Source: Elusimicrobiaceae bacterium (lineage in GTDB: Bacteria > Bacillota_I > Bacilli_A > Acholeplasmatales > Anaeroplasmataceae). Taken from it: a DNA stretch of 53,041 nt. The stretch covers positions 1 to 53,041 of the forward strand of contig CAVCDW010000054.1 of NCBI GenBank assembly GCA_963601055.1, written 5' to 3'. Below the pieces are notes generated by a model. That model was not told where the DNA came from and did not search any database. It saw nothing but the letters and a program-made list of their open reading frames with translations. Numbering within the stretch: position 1 is the first letter of the stretch; each line of letters starts with the position of its first letter. This document shows, piece after piece, positions 45,886 to 53,041 of the stretch. The position numbers and the translations under genes were made by a program.

Positions 45886-47514
45886 ATGAAAAATAAAATT
45901 ATAAAAATGATGACCGCTTTCGTTGCGGCAAGTTCTTGCCTACTAGCTGTTTCATGTAAGGATAAAAAATCTAGTTATGAAGATAATTCTTACAAATCTG
46001 GTAGTAATAAAACTATTGCAAAAGTTTTAGAAGACTTATCAAAAGAAAATGATCAATATGAGACTAATGATAATTTAGCAAAGAGTGTTACTGTATATAC
46101 AACTTCGCTTAAAAATATTAATAATTATTATTATGAAATAGAAAAATCACCAAGTATATATCTTTGCAGATTTACTGATTCTAAACAACTTTGTGAAGTA
46201 ACTAATTCATATTCATATGGAAAAGTTAATGATTATTCTGTATATAATAGAGTTAATACAGGTAATAAATGTACAATAGATTCTACTGAATATTCAATAT
46301 ATAAAACTACTATTTATGGTCACGTAGTTAATGATATTGAAAAATATGATTTTGAAGTATCATATTATTCTCTTGCTGGAAGTAGAGCACCAACTTATTC
46401 AATTAAAGATGATAAAATAACTATTAACCAAGGAATCTTTGTTATAAGTACAACAACAGATTTTACAAAAAAAGATAGTGAAATTACTCTAACATTTACT
46501 AAGGAAAATCTTGTTAAAACCGGTGAAGATGAAGAAGATATTGATTATGAAAAAGCATACAAGTATAATGGTTATACTTATGCAGAAGAACTTAATCAAT
46601 ATATTAAAATAACAAGTTCAGGAGATTATAAAATAGTTTATCATAAAGATGAAAAGGGTAAAGATTTAAAAACTTTTTCTATCAATCAAAATGCTTATTT
46701 CAATTATTCAACATTTGTTTGGCAAGAAGATATAATATTAGGTGAAAAGAATGATGAAACTGATTTCACTTATTATGATGAAAGTGGTAATAAGCATCTA
46801 CTTAAGACTTACTGTTCTACATTAGATGGTAAGAAGGATGCAGTTGAAATTAAAACCGAATTTAAATTTGATAGTGAAGTAGCTGTTAGCGAAAACTATT
46901 TAGTATTAACAGGACAAACAATTAATAGTAATAAAGTATTAAGTAATAGAACTAGAACTTATTTCTTAGATAATGATGCTGATGTTGTATATAAGACACT
47001 TATTAATGAAGACTATTCAAATGTAGTTAAGGTTAGTGATAAAGTTTATAATGTTAATGGTAAATTATTTGATTCTAAATTAAATTATCTTGATAGTGTA
47101 AGTTATCAAAGTGTTCAAAACGCATTTACTTCAAGTACAGCTTTATATGATTTAACAGGTAATGTAATTGCGACAGGTTCATATTCTATGAAGAATGGTG
47201 CTATTTATGATAACGTAAATGAAAAGTATTATTCTTTAATAAATAATAATTTGGTTGAATATAGTGGTAAATATTATGCTAATAATACATATTATAATTT
47301 AGATATCACAGTAACTAAAATAGAAGATGCTCTTTATAGATACGATTTTAAATCGTTAGATGGCACAACTAGTGCAACAATTTATTCAGAAAAAGAAAAT
47401 GTTACATTTAACTATTCAAAATGTGATACAGTTCTTAAGGTAACATCAGGTACTGTTTTATACGATGATACATCTAAAACAACTAAACTTAGTATGTTAG
47501 TATTTAGTTTTTAA
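45886..47514 (+). CDS. Lipoprotein of unknown function (paralog 2 of a tandem pair)
   Basis: Signal peptide MKNKIIKMMTAFVAASSCLLAVSC-KD. It shares blocks with paralog 1, including EDIDYEKxYKYxGYTY, YIKxxxSGxYxIVYHKxEKGKDL, NYLVLTG and GNxIATGSYSxxNGAIYD. Confidence 0.75.
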   Translation: MKNKIIKMMTAFVAASSCLLAVSCKDKKSSYEDNSYKSGSNKTIAKVLEDLSKENDQYETNDNLAKSVTVYTTSLKNINNYYYEIEKSPSIYLCRFTDSKQLCEVTNSYSYGKVNDYSVYNRVNTGNKCTIDSTEYSIYKTTIYGHVVNDIEKYDFEVSYYSLAGSRAPTYSIKDDKITINQGIFVISTTTDFTKKDSEITLTFTKENLVKTGEDEEDIDYEKAYKYNGYTYAEELNQYIKITSSGDYKIVYHKDEKGKDLKTFSINQNAYFNYSTFVWQEDIILGEKNDETDFTYYDESGNKHLLKTYCSTLDGKKDAVEIKTEFKFDSEVAVSENYLVLTGQTINSNKVLSNRTRTYFLDNDADVVYKTLINEDYSNVVKVSDKVYNVNGKLFDSKLNYLDSVSYQSVQNAFTSSTALYDLTGNVIATGSYSMKNGAIYDNVNEKYYSLINNNLVEYSGKYYANNTYYNLDITVTKIEDALYRYDFKSLDGTTSATIYSEKENVTFNYSKCDTVLKVTSGTVLYDDTSKTTKLSMLVFSF

Positions 47515-47536
47515 TATCTTTAAATAAATAAAATAT

Positions 47537-47644
47537 AAACCCTAAAGTAAAACTAGGAAACTAGATATAAGGTGAACCCTTAAAGTTGGACCAAGTTATT
47601 GGAAAGACTTTAGTGGTTCACTATAATAATGCTTAAGGGTTTTT
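47537..47644. repeat. Nested palindromic element derived from the IS terminal repeat (MITE/REP-like)
   Basis: There are four copies of the AACCCTTAAAGT-type motif. Two are direct (47537..47548 and 47575..47586) and two inverted (47607..47618 and 47631..47641). The inner pair GTGAACCCTTAAAGT / ACTTTAGTGGTTCAC equals the two IS ends seen at 38128 and 38362, separated here by only 20 nt. Confidence 0.65.
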
Positions 47645-47713
47645 ATTTTTTATAAATAAAATTCAAATAAAAACAAATTAGATTTATAAAAAAATATAAT
47701 ATATTTAAAATGA

Positions 47714-47742
47714 TTGACATATATAAGTATTTATAATATCAT
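47714..47742 (+). promoter_or_regulatory. Sigma-A-type promoter for the FMN riboswitch-ribU unit
   Basis: TTGACA (47714..47719), a 17-nt spacer, then TATCAT (47737..47742). Confidence 0.5.
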
Positions 47743-47758
47743 TTGGTTGTATTAATTT

Positions 47759-47873
47759 AAATACTTCAGGGCATGGTGAAATTCCAGACCGGCGGTAAAG
47801 TCCGCGAGCATTTTGCATGAATAGGTGAAATTCCTATACCGATAGTAAAGTCTAGATGGAAGAAGAATATTTT
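47759..47873 (+). promoter_or_regulatory. FMN riboswitch (RFN element) aptamer
   Basis: The conserved RFN blocks are CAGGGCAUGGUGAAAUUCCAGACCGGCGGUAAAGUCCGCGA and GGUGAAAUUCCUAUACCGAUAGUAAAGUCUAGAUGGAAGAAG, closed by a P1 helix. Confidence 0.9.
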
Positions 47874-47895
47874 TATATTTTTCCTTTACCATTAT

Positions 47896-47928
47896 GGGAA
47901 GCCCTAGAGCTTCCCTTATTTTGTTTTT
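47896..47928 (+). terminator. Riboswitch expression-platform terminator
   Basis: gggaagc (47896..47902) pairs with gcttccc (47909..47915), followed by ttattttgttttt, just upstream of the ribU RBS. Confidence 0.8.
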
Positions 47929-47943
47929 AGGAGGATTGATATT

Positions 47944-48660
47944 ATGAAGAAGAAAATTGATACAAAGAAAATGATTTTAAGAATTTCAGTAGATGCGATA
48001 TTAGCGGCGATTGCTTCAGTACTTTATGTATTTTGTGAGCTACCTATATCACTTGCGATATTCCCAAGTTTTCTTAAAATTAATCCATCTATGATTGCGC
48101 TTATAATCGCAACATTTATGATAGGACCATGGGACGCGTCAGTAATAGTATTTATAAGGATGATTGCTAAATTTATATTTAAAGGAACATCTACATCTGG
48201 TGTTGGTGAAGTCGCAGATCTTTTAATAGGAATAACTTCGGTAATTCCTGCAGGAATTATTTATAATTATACAAACTCAAAACATAAAACTGCATTCTCT
48301 TTTATTGCAGTAATAGTTTCATGGGTTTTAGCAGGTGTTATTACTAACCTATTTATAAATATACCATTTTATAAGAGCGTCGCAGGATTTAGCGATGAAG
48401 TATTAGCTAAGGTTATTGGAAAACCAGTTTCAGTTATAACATTTGGACTTATTAAAACGAAAAACATTACGGCAGATAATTATATGTTATATTATATCTT
48501 GTTCTCAGTAATACCATTTAATTTGATGTTATCGGTCTTTGTAGTACTTATTACTCTTCCACTTCATAAAAGGTTAAAAAGTTTATATGCTAACTTTAAT
48601 TTAAAGAATTCAGAAGACATTAATGTATTCGATGAAATAGATGAAAATTCCCAAAAATAG
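47944..48660 (+). CDS. ribU: Riboflavin transporter RibU (ECF S-component)
   Basis: A roughly 6-TM protein placed directly behind an FMN riboswitch. It has S-component-like blocks (LKINPSMIALIIATFMIGPW and EVADLLIG). Confidence 0.8.
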   Translation: MKKKIDTKKMILRISVDAILAAIASVLYVFCELPISLAIFPSFLKINPSMIALIIATFMIGPWDASVIVFIRMIAKFIFKGTSTSGVGEVADLLIGITSVIPAGIIYNYTNSKHKTAFSFIAVIVSWVLAGVITNLFINIPFYKSVAGFSDEVLAKVIGKPVSVITFGLIKTKNITADNYMLYYILFSVIPFNLMLSVFVVLITLPLHKRLKSLYANFNLKNSEDINVFDEIDENSQK

Positions 48661-48671
48661 GGAATTTTTTT
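48644..48671 (+). terminator. Rho-independent terminator after ribU
   Basis: aaaattccc (48644..48652) pairs with gggaatttt (48660..48668), and the T-run extends to 48671. The stem overlaps the stop codon. Confidence 0.7.
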
Positions 48672-48672
48672 C

Positions 48673-48700
48673 TTGACATTGAATAATATGTCTATATAAT
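48673..48700 (+). promoter_or_regulatory. Sigma-A-type promoter for the marR-ABC exporter operon
   Basis: TTGACA (48673..48678), a 16-nt spacer, then TATAAT (48695..48700). Confidence 0.65.
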
Positions 48701-48717
48701 AGTTAGTGGACTAACTA
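48700..48717. promoter_or_regulatory. Candidate MarR operator palindrome
   Basis: TAGTTAG-tgga-CTAACTA has perfect 7-bp arms and starts at the last base of the -10 box. Confidence 0.45.
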
Positions 48718-48733
48718 ATATGGAGGTGAGATA

Positions 48734-49177
48734 TTGTCTGAGAATGGTGAAAAGAATAGAGACGCAGGTTATTTAATGGGCCTAATTAAGCGTGAATTAG
48801 ACAAAAGCAAAAATAAAGACATTAAAGAATTTAATATAACTCATACTCAGTTTCAAATAATTATGTTTTTATATCATAATCAAGATAAGTATATCTTTCA
48901 AAAAGATGTAGAAAAAGAATTAGAGATATCTAAAGCTACTGCATCAGTTATGATTGATAGACTTGAGAAAAATAATTTTATAAAAAGAATCTCATCAGAA
49001 AAAGATTCTAGGTATAAATATTTAATGTTACTTCCAAAAGCTTTCGAAGTACAAGATGTAGTGATTTCAAGATGTAAAAAAGGTGAAGATAAAATATTTA
49101 AAGATTTTACATCAAGTGAAAGAGAAGAAGTTATAGTTTATTTAGAAAGAATATTAAAAAATGTAAAGGAGAATTAA
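48734..49177 (+). CDS. MarR-family transcriptional regulator
   Basis: Winged-helix region FQKDVEKELEISKATASVMIDRLEKNNFIKRISSEKDSRYKYL. The TTG start at 48734 lies 5 nt after GGAGGTG. Confidence 0.8.
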   Translation: MSENGEKNRDAGYLMGLIKRELDKSKNKDIKEFNITHTQFQIIMFLYHNQDKYIFQKDVEKELEISKATASVMIDRLEKNNFIKRISSEKDSRYKYLMLLPKAFEVQDVVISRCKKGEDKIFKDFTSSEREEVIVYLERILKNVKEN

Positions 49178-49178
49178 A

Positions 49179-50954
49179 ATGAATGTATTAAAGAAAAGTA
49201 TAAGAGAATACAAACTGCCATCAATACTATCTGTTGTGTTTATTATCTTAGAAGTTCTAATGGAATGTATATTACCATTCGTTACTGCTAAACTTGTAAA
49301 CCAAATGAATAGTAAAGATACTAAGATGCTTATAATATACTCTGTTGTCCTAGTTATAATGGCTATGGCATCCCTAGGATTTGGAGCGTTATCAGGATTT
49401 TTCTGTAGTAAAGCATCAGCCGGATTCGCAAAGAATTTAAGAAAGGATATGTATGAAAGTATTTGTAATTTCTCATTCGCAAATATAGATAAATTCCAAT
49501 CATCATCACTTGTAACACGTATGACAACAGACGTTACTAACGTTCAAAATGCATATATGATGATTATTCGTACAGCTATCCGTTCACCACTTATGATTAT
49601 ATTTTCAATCGCAATGTGTTTCTATTTGAATCCACAAATTGCCTCATATTTCTTAATCATAATGATAGCACTTGCTATAGTTATGAGTGTAATTATGGTA
49701 TTTGCGACAAAGATATTCAATAAGATATTTAAACAATATGATGCCTTAAATGAATCAATTGAAGAAAATATTGAAGGTATAAGAGTTGTAAAATCATTTG
49801 TTCGTGAAGATTATGAAATCAAGAAATTTGATAAATCAGCTGATAATCTTAAAAAGAAGTTCACATTTGCAGAACGTATTATAGGTATCACTCAACCAGC
49901 AATGACTGTAGCTATCGATATTTTAATGATGGTTATTCTTGTTGTAGGTTCAGTTATTATCGTTAAGAATTCATCATCAAGTGTTGTAGATGGTGAAACA
50001 GTATATGTATTTAATAAAATATCTGTAGGTGAATTCCAATCACTTTCAACATATGGATTCCAATCATTAATGGCACTTATGATGTTACAAATGGTTGTAG
50101 TAATGATTACAATGGCTATTGAATCAGGAAGAAGAATTAAAGAAGTATTACTTGAAAAACCAACTATTACTAATCCAGAAAATCCATTAATGGAAATTAA
50201 AGACGGAAGCGTTAAATTTGATAATGTATCATTTAAGTATAGCCAAAAAGCTGAAAAGTTCGCACTAGAAGGTATTAATCTCGATATCAAGAGTGGTGAA
50301 ACTATAGGTATTCTTGGTGGTACTGGTTCATCTAAAACATCACTTGTAAACCTAATTTCTCGTCTATATGATGTATCAGTAGGTTCTGTATCAGTAGGTG
50401 GAGAAGATGTTAAGAAATACGATCTTGAAGTATTAAGAAATGGTGTTGCGGTAGTTCTTCAAAAGAATATGTTATTCTCGGGAACAATTAAAGAAAATTT
50501 AAAATGGGGAAATGAAAACGCAACTGATGAAGAAATAAGACATGCATGTAAACTAAGCTGTGCAGATGAATTTATAAATCAATTCCCTGATGGGTATGAC
50601 ACACATATTGACCAAGGTGGTACTAACGTATCAGGAGGTCAAAGACAACGTCTTTGTATCGCAAGAGCGCTACTTAAGAATCCTAAGATTTTAATTTTAG
50701 ATGACTCAACATCTGCCGTTGATACAAAAACTGATGCGATTATTCGTAGTGGATTGAAAGAATTTATTCCGACAACTACAAAGATTATAATTGCTCAACG
50801 TATTTCATCTATTCAAGAAGCTGATAGAATAATTGTTATGGATGGTGGAAAAATCAACCAAATTGGTACACATGAAGAATTATTAAAAACTAATGAAATT
50901 TATCAAGAAGTTTATAATACTCAAAATAAAACTTCTGTAAAGGATGGTGAGTAA
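49179..50954 (+). CDS. ABC exporter half-transporter (TMD-NBD) carrying the degenerate Walker B
   Basis: Six TM segments plus an NBD. Walker A is GGTGSSKTS, the signature VSGGQRQRL is canonical, and Walker B reads ILILDDSTSAVD, with Asp in place of the catalytic Glu. Confidence 0.9.
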   Translation: MNVLKKSIREYKLPSILSVVFIILEVLMECILPFVTAKLVNQMNSKDTKMLIIYSVVLVIMAMASLGFGALSGFFCSKASAGFAKNLRKDMYESICNFSFANIDKFQSSSLVTRMTTDVTNVQNAYMMIIRTAIRSPLMIIFSIAMCFYLNPQIASYFLIIMIALAIVMSVIMVFATKIFNKIFKQYDALNESIEENIEGIRVVKSFVREDYEIKKFDKSADNLKKKFTFAERIIGITQPAMTVAIDILMMVILVVGSVIIVKNSSSSVVDGETVYVFNKISVGEFQSLSTYGFQSLMALMMLQMVVVMITMAIESGRRIKEVLLEKPTITNPENPLMEIKDGSVKFDNVSFKYSQKAEKFALEGINLDIKSGETIGILGGTGSSKTSLVNLISRLYDVSVGSVSVGGEDVKKYDLEVLRNGVAVVLQKNMLFSGTIKENLKWGNENATDEEIRHACKLSCADEFINQFPDGYDTHIDQGGTNVSGGQRQRLCIARALLKNPKILILDDSTSAVDTKTDAIIRSGLKEFIPTTTKIIIAQRISSIQEADRIIVMDGGKINQIGTHEELLKTNEIYQEVYNTQNKTSVKDGE

Positions 50955-50955
50955 T

Positions 50956-52878
50956 ATGCCAAAACCATTTAGAAAACCAGATAGAAAATTCAATAAAAAG
51001 AAAACATTAGGAAGAACATTGGGATATTTATTTAAGTGTTATCCTGTTCATATTATCTTAATTTTAATATGTATTATTGTTACAGCAGTAGGTTCAATTT
51101 GTGCATCAATATTCATGCAAAAAGTAATTGATGATGTTATATATAAAGGAATTGAACTTGGAAGTTTCTCGTATGTAAAAGGTGAACTTCGTAAATTGAT
51201 CTTAACACTAGGTTCAATTTATCTAGCCTCTATTATATGTTCATTTCTTCAAGCACAATTACTTGCAGAAATGACACAAGGATTCTTATATAAACTTCGT
51301 GTTAAATTATTTAGCAACATGGAAAAATTACCTATTTCTTATTTTGACCGTCATGCACATGGTGATATTATGTCAACATACACAAATGACGTAGACGCAA
51401 TAAGACAATTAATATCAGTTTCAATTCCACAAACAATATCAACATTATTAACTGTTACAATGTTGTTTGTAATGATGTGTTATTATTCATTATGGTTAAC
51501 TATATTAATCATTCTTGCGACATTCCTAATCCTTAAGGCAACTAAGAGCATTGGTGGAGGAAGTGCTAAATACTTCATGGCTCAACAAAGTTCACTTGCG
51601 ACATGTGAAGGATTTATCCAAGAAATGATGAATGGACAAAAGGTTGTAAAAGTATTCTGCCATGAAGAAAAGAGCCAAGAAGATTATGAAGTTTTAAATG
51701 AAAAACTTAATAACGACTCATTCAAGGCTAATGCTTACGCTAATATGTTAGGACCTATTATTCATAATATTGGTAACTTATTATATGTAGTTTGTGCAAT
51801 AGTTGGTGTTGTGCTTGTTACACTAAATGTTAAGAATTTTACAATCGTAGGATTCAATACCCTAACTATTGGTATTGCGGTATCATTCCTTGGTATGGCA
51901 AGACAATTTGCGAACTCATTTAACCAAATATCTATGCAAGTAAACTCAGTAGTAATGGGACTTGCTGGAGCAGATAGAATATTTGAACTTATGGATCAAC
52001 AACCTGAAACAGATGAAGGTTATGTTACTTTAGTACACGCAAATATTAGCGAGGACGGAACTATTACAGAAACTTCGGAAAATACAGGAAAATGGGCATG
52101 GAAACATCCTCATCAAGCTGATGGTTCAATCACTTATACAGAACTTAAAGGTGATATAAGATTCTATGATGTAGATTTCGGATATTATCCTGATAAGATT
52201 GTATTACATGATGTAACACTTTACGGAAAACCTGGACAAAAGATTGCGTTCGTAGGTTCAACAGGAGCAGGTAAAACTACAATTACTAACCTAATAAATA
52301 GATTCTATGATTTAGCGGATGGTAAGATTAGATATGATGGAATAAACATCAATAAGATTAAAAAAGATGATTTAAGAAGATCTATTGGTATAGTATTACA
52401 AGATACAAACTTATTTACAGGTACTGTAAGAGATAATATTAGATATGGTAAGCTTGATGCAAGTGAAGAAGAAATAATTAAAGCCGCAAAGATTGCGAAT
52501 GCATATGACTTTATTACAAGACTTCCTGAAGGTTTTGATACATACCTTACAGGTAACGGATCACAATTATCTCAAGGTCAACGTCAATTAATTTCTATTG
52601 CAAGAGCTGCAGTAGCAGACGCACCTGTTATGATTCTAGATGAAGCTACTTCATCAATTGATACACGTACTGAATTACTAGTACAAAAAGGAATGGATCA
52701 ATTAATGGAAGGTAGAACTACATTCGTAATTGCGCATAGACTTTCAACAGTTCAAAACGCTAACGCGATTATGGTTCTAGACCACGGAAGAATTATCGAA
52801 CGTGGAGATCATGATGATTTAATTAAGGCGCATGGTGTATATTATCAATTATATACAGGAGCATTTGAATTAGAATAA
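50956..52878 (+). CDS. ABC exporter half-transporter (TMD-NBD) carrying the degenerate signature motif
   Basis: Walker A is GSTGAGKTT and Walker B is VMILDEATSSID, with a canonical Glu. The signature reads LSQGQRQLI rather than LSGGQ. I chose the ATG at 50956 (RBS GGTGAG) over the overlapping GTG at 50944. Confidence 0.9.
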   Translation: MPKPFRKPDRKFNKKKTLGRTLGYLFKCYPVHIILILICIIVTAVGSICASIFMQKVIDDVIYKGIELGSFSYVKGELRKLILTLGSIYLASIICSFLQAQLLAEMTQGFLYKLRVKLFSNMEKLPISYFDRHAHGDIMSTYTNDVDAIRQLISVSIPQTISTLLTVTMLFVMMCYYSLWLTILIILATFLILKATKSIGGGSAKYFMAQQSSLATCEGFIQEMMNGQKVVKVFCHEEKSQEDYEVLNEKLNNDSFKANAYANMLGPIIHNIGNLLYVVCAIVGVVLVTLNVKNFTIVGFNTLTIGIAVSFLGMARQFANSFNQISMQVNSVVMGLAGADRIFELMDQQPETDEGYVTLVHANISEDGTITETSENTGKWAWKHPHQADGSITYTELKGDIRFYDVDFGYYPDKIVLHDVTLYGKPGQKIAFVGSTGAGKTTITNLINRFYDLADGKIRYDGININKIKKDDLRRSIGIVLQDTNLFTGTVRDNIRYGKLDASEEEIIKAAKIANAYDFITRLPEGFDTYLTGNGSQLSQGQRQLISIARAAVADAPVMILDEATSSIDTRTELLVQKGMDQLMEGRTTFVIAHRLSTVQNANAIMVLDHGRIIERGDHDDLIKAHGVYYQLYTGAFELE

Positions 52879-52891
52879 TTATTAAACAAAG

Positions 52892-52921
52892 GTGGTATCT
52901 AGGGTGAGATACCACTTTTTT
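52892..52921 (+). terminator. Rho-independent terminator after the ABC exporter operon
   Basis: gtggtatc (52892..52899) pairs with gataccac (52908..52915), followed by a T6 run. Confidence 0.8.
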
Positions 52922-53041
52922 GATATAATAGATGATTTATATAAAGTTATTAAAATATTCAAACTAAAAAAATCATTACTATATAAAAAAGAAAAAAATA
53001 CTTTTTTTATTGAATTATCTATTGAATAATTTCTTTTAAAG

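Noticed and set aside
45488-47330. Diversity-generating retroelement (template/variable repeat) as an explanation for the near-identical patch shared by the two lipoprotein genes.
   Set aside because: There is no reverse transcriptase gene in or near the islet. By hand alignment, the mismatches between the two copies are not restricted to adenine positions of one copy. Both copies are in-frame coding sequence of full paralogues.
1-53041. CRISPR arrays, tRNA or rRNA genes, prophage or integrase genes, and alternative genetic code (TGA as Trp).
   Set aside because: - I saw no regularly spaced direct repeats in any intergenic region.
- No cloverleaf-like or rRNA-like segments are present. The intergenic regions are short and are explained by promoters, terminators and leaders.
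- No integrase, recombinase or phage structural motifs are present.
- Several well-defined genes end at TGA, so the standard code applies.

Overview
This is a 53-kb chromosomal window from a low-GC Firmicute. It is A+T-rich, uses GGAGG-type ribosome-binding sites, and uses TGA as a stop (for example at 3018..3020, 14938..14940 and 32356..32358), so the standard bacterial code applies. Gene order looks Bacilli- or Erysipelotrichia-like, but the lineage cannot be fixed without a database search. All product calls come from motifs I recognise by eye; no homology search was possible.

There are about 50 credible genes, and most are core housekeeping:
- Central metabolism: pyk, typA, pyruvate:ferredoxin oxidoreductase, mgtC-nfo-vanZ-like, and pgk-ptsH-tpiA.
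- Iron-sulfur assembly: sufCDSUB.
- An orphan MsmX/MalK-type ABC ATPase.
- Translation and RNA modification: rpsD, thiI, two SpoU/TrmH methyltransferases, def, ylbF/ylbG-like genes, and rpsP-KH-rimM-trmD-rplS.
- Others: htpG, an alanine:cation symporter, proB-proA-gpmI, an FMN riboswitch with ribU, and MarR with a heterodimeric ABC exporter.

I saw no rRNA, tRNA, CRISPR array, intact IS element or prophage.

The parts worth a second look:
1. An insulated orphan gene between pyk and typA (4673..5779) with an N-terminal HEPN-like R-x5-H motif.
2. The 38.1-47.6 kb stretch, punctuated by three remnants of one IS3/IS150-type element. It contains two unrecognisable genes (one translationally coupled to proB) and a tandem pair of paralogous lipoproteins with a near-identical DNA patch.
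3. A surface protein split by an A7 homopolymer frameshift.
4. An HPr variant (Arg17 replaced by Ser) sitting between pgk and tpiA.
5. A GNAT plus degenerate HAD fusion.
6. A CIRCE-like inverted repeat across the htpG promoter.
7. A long pseudoknot-compatible rpsD leader.

I cannot show that any of these is a new system. They are ranked candidates with explicit tests.
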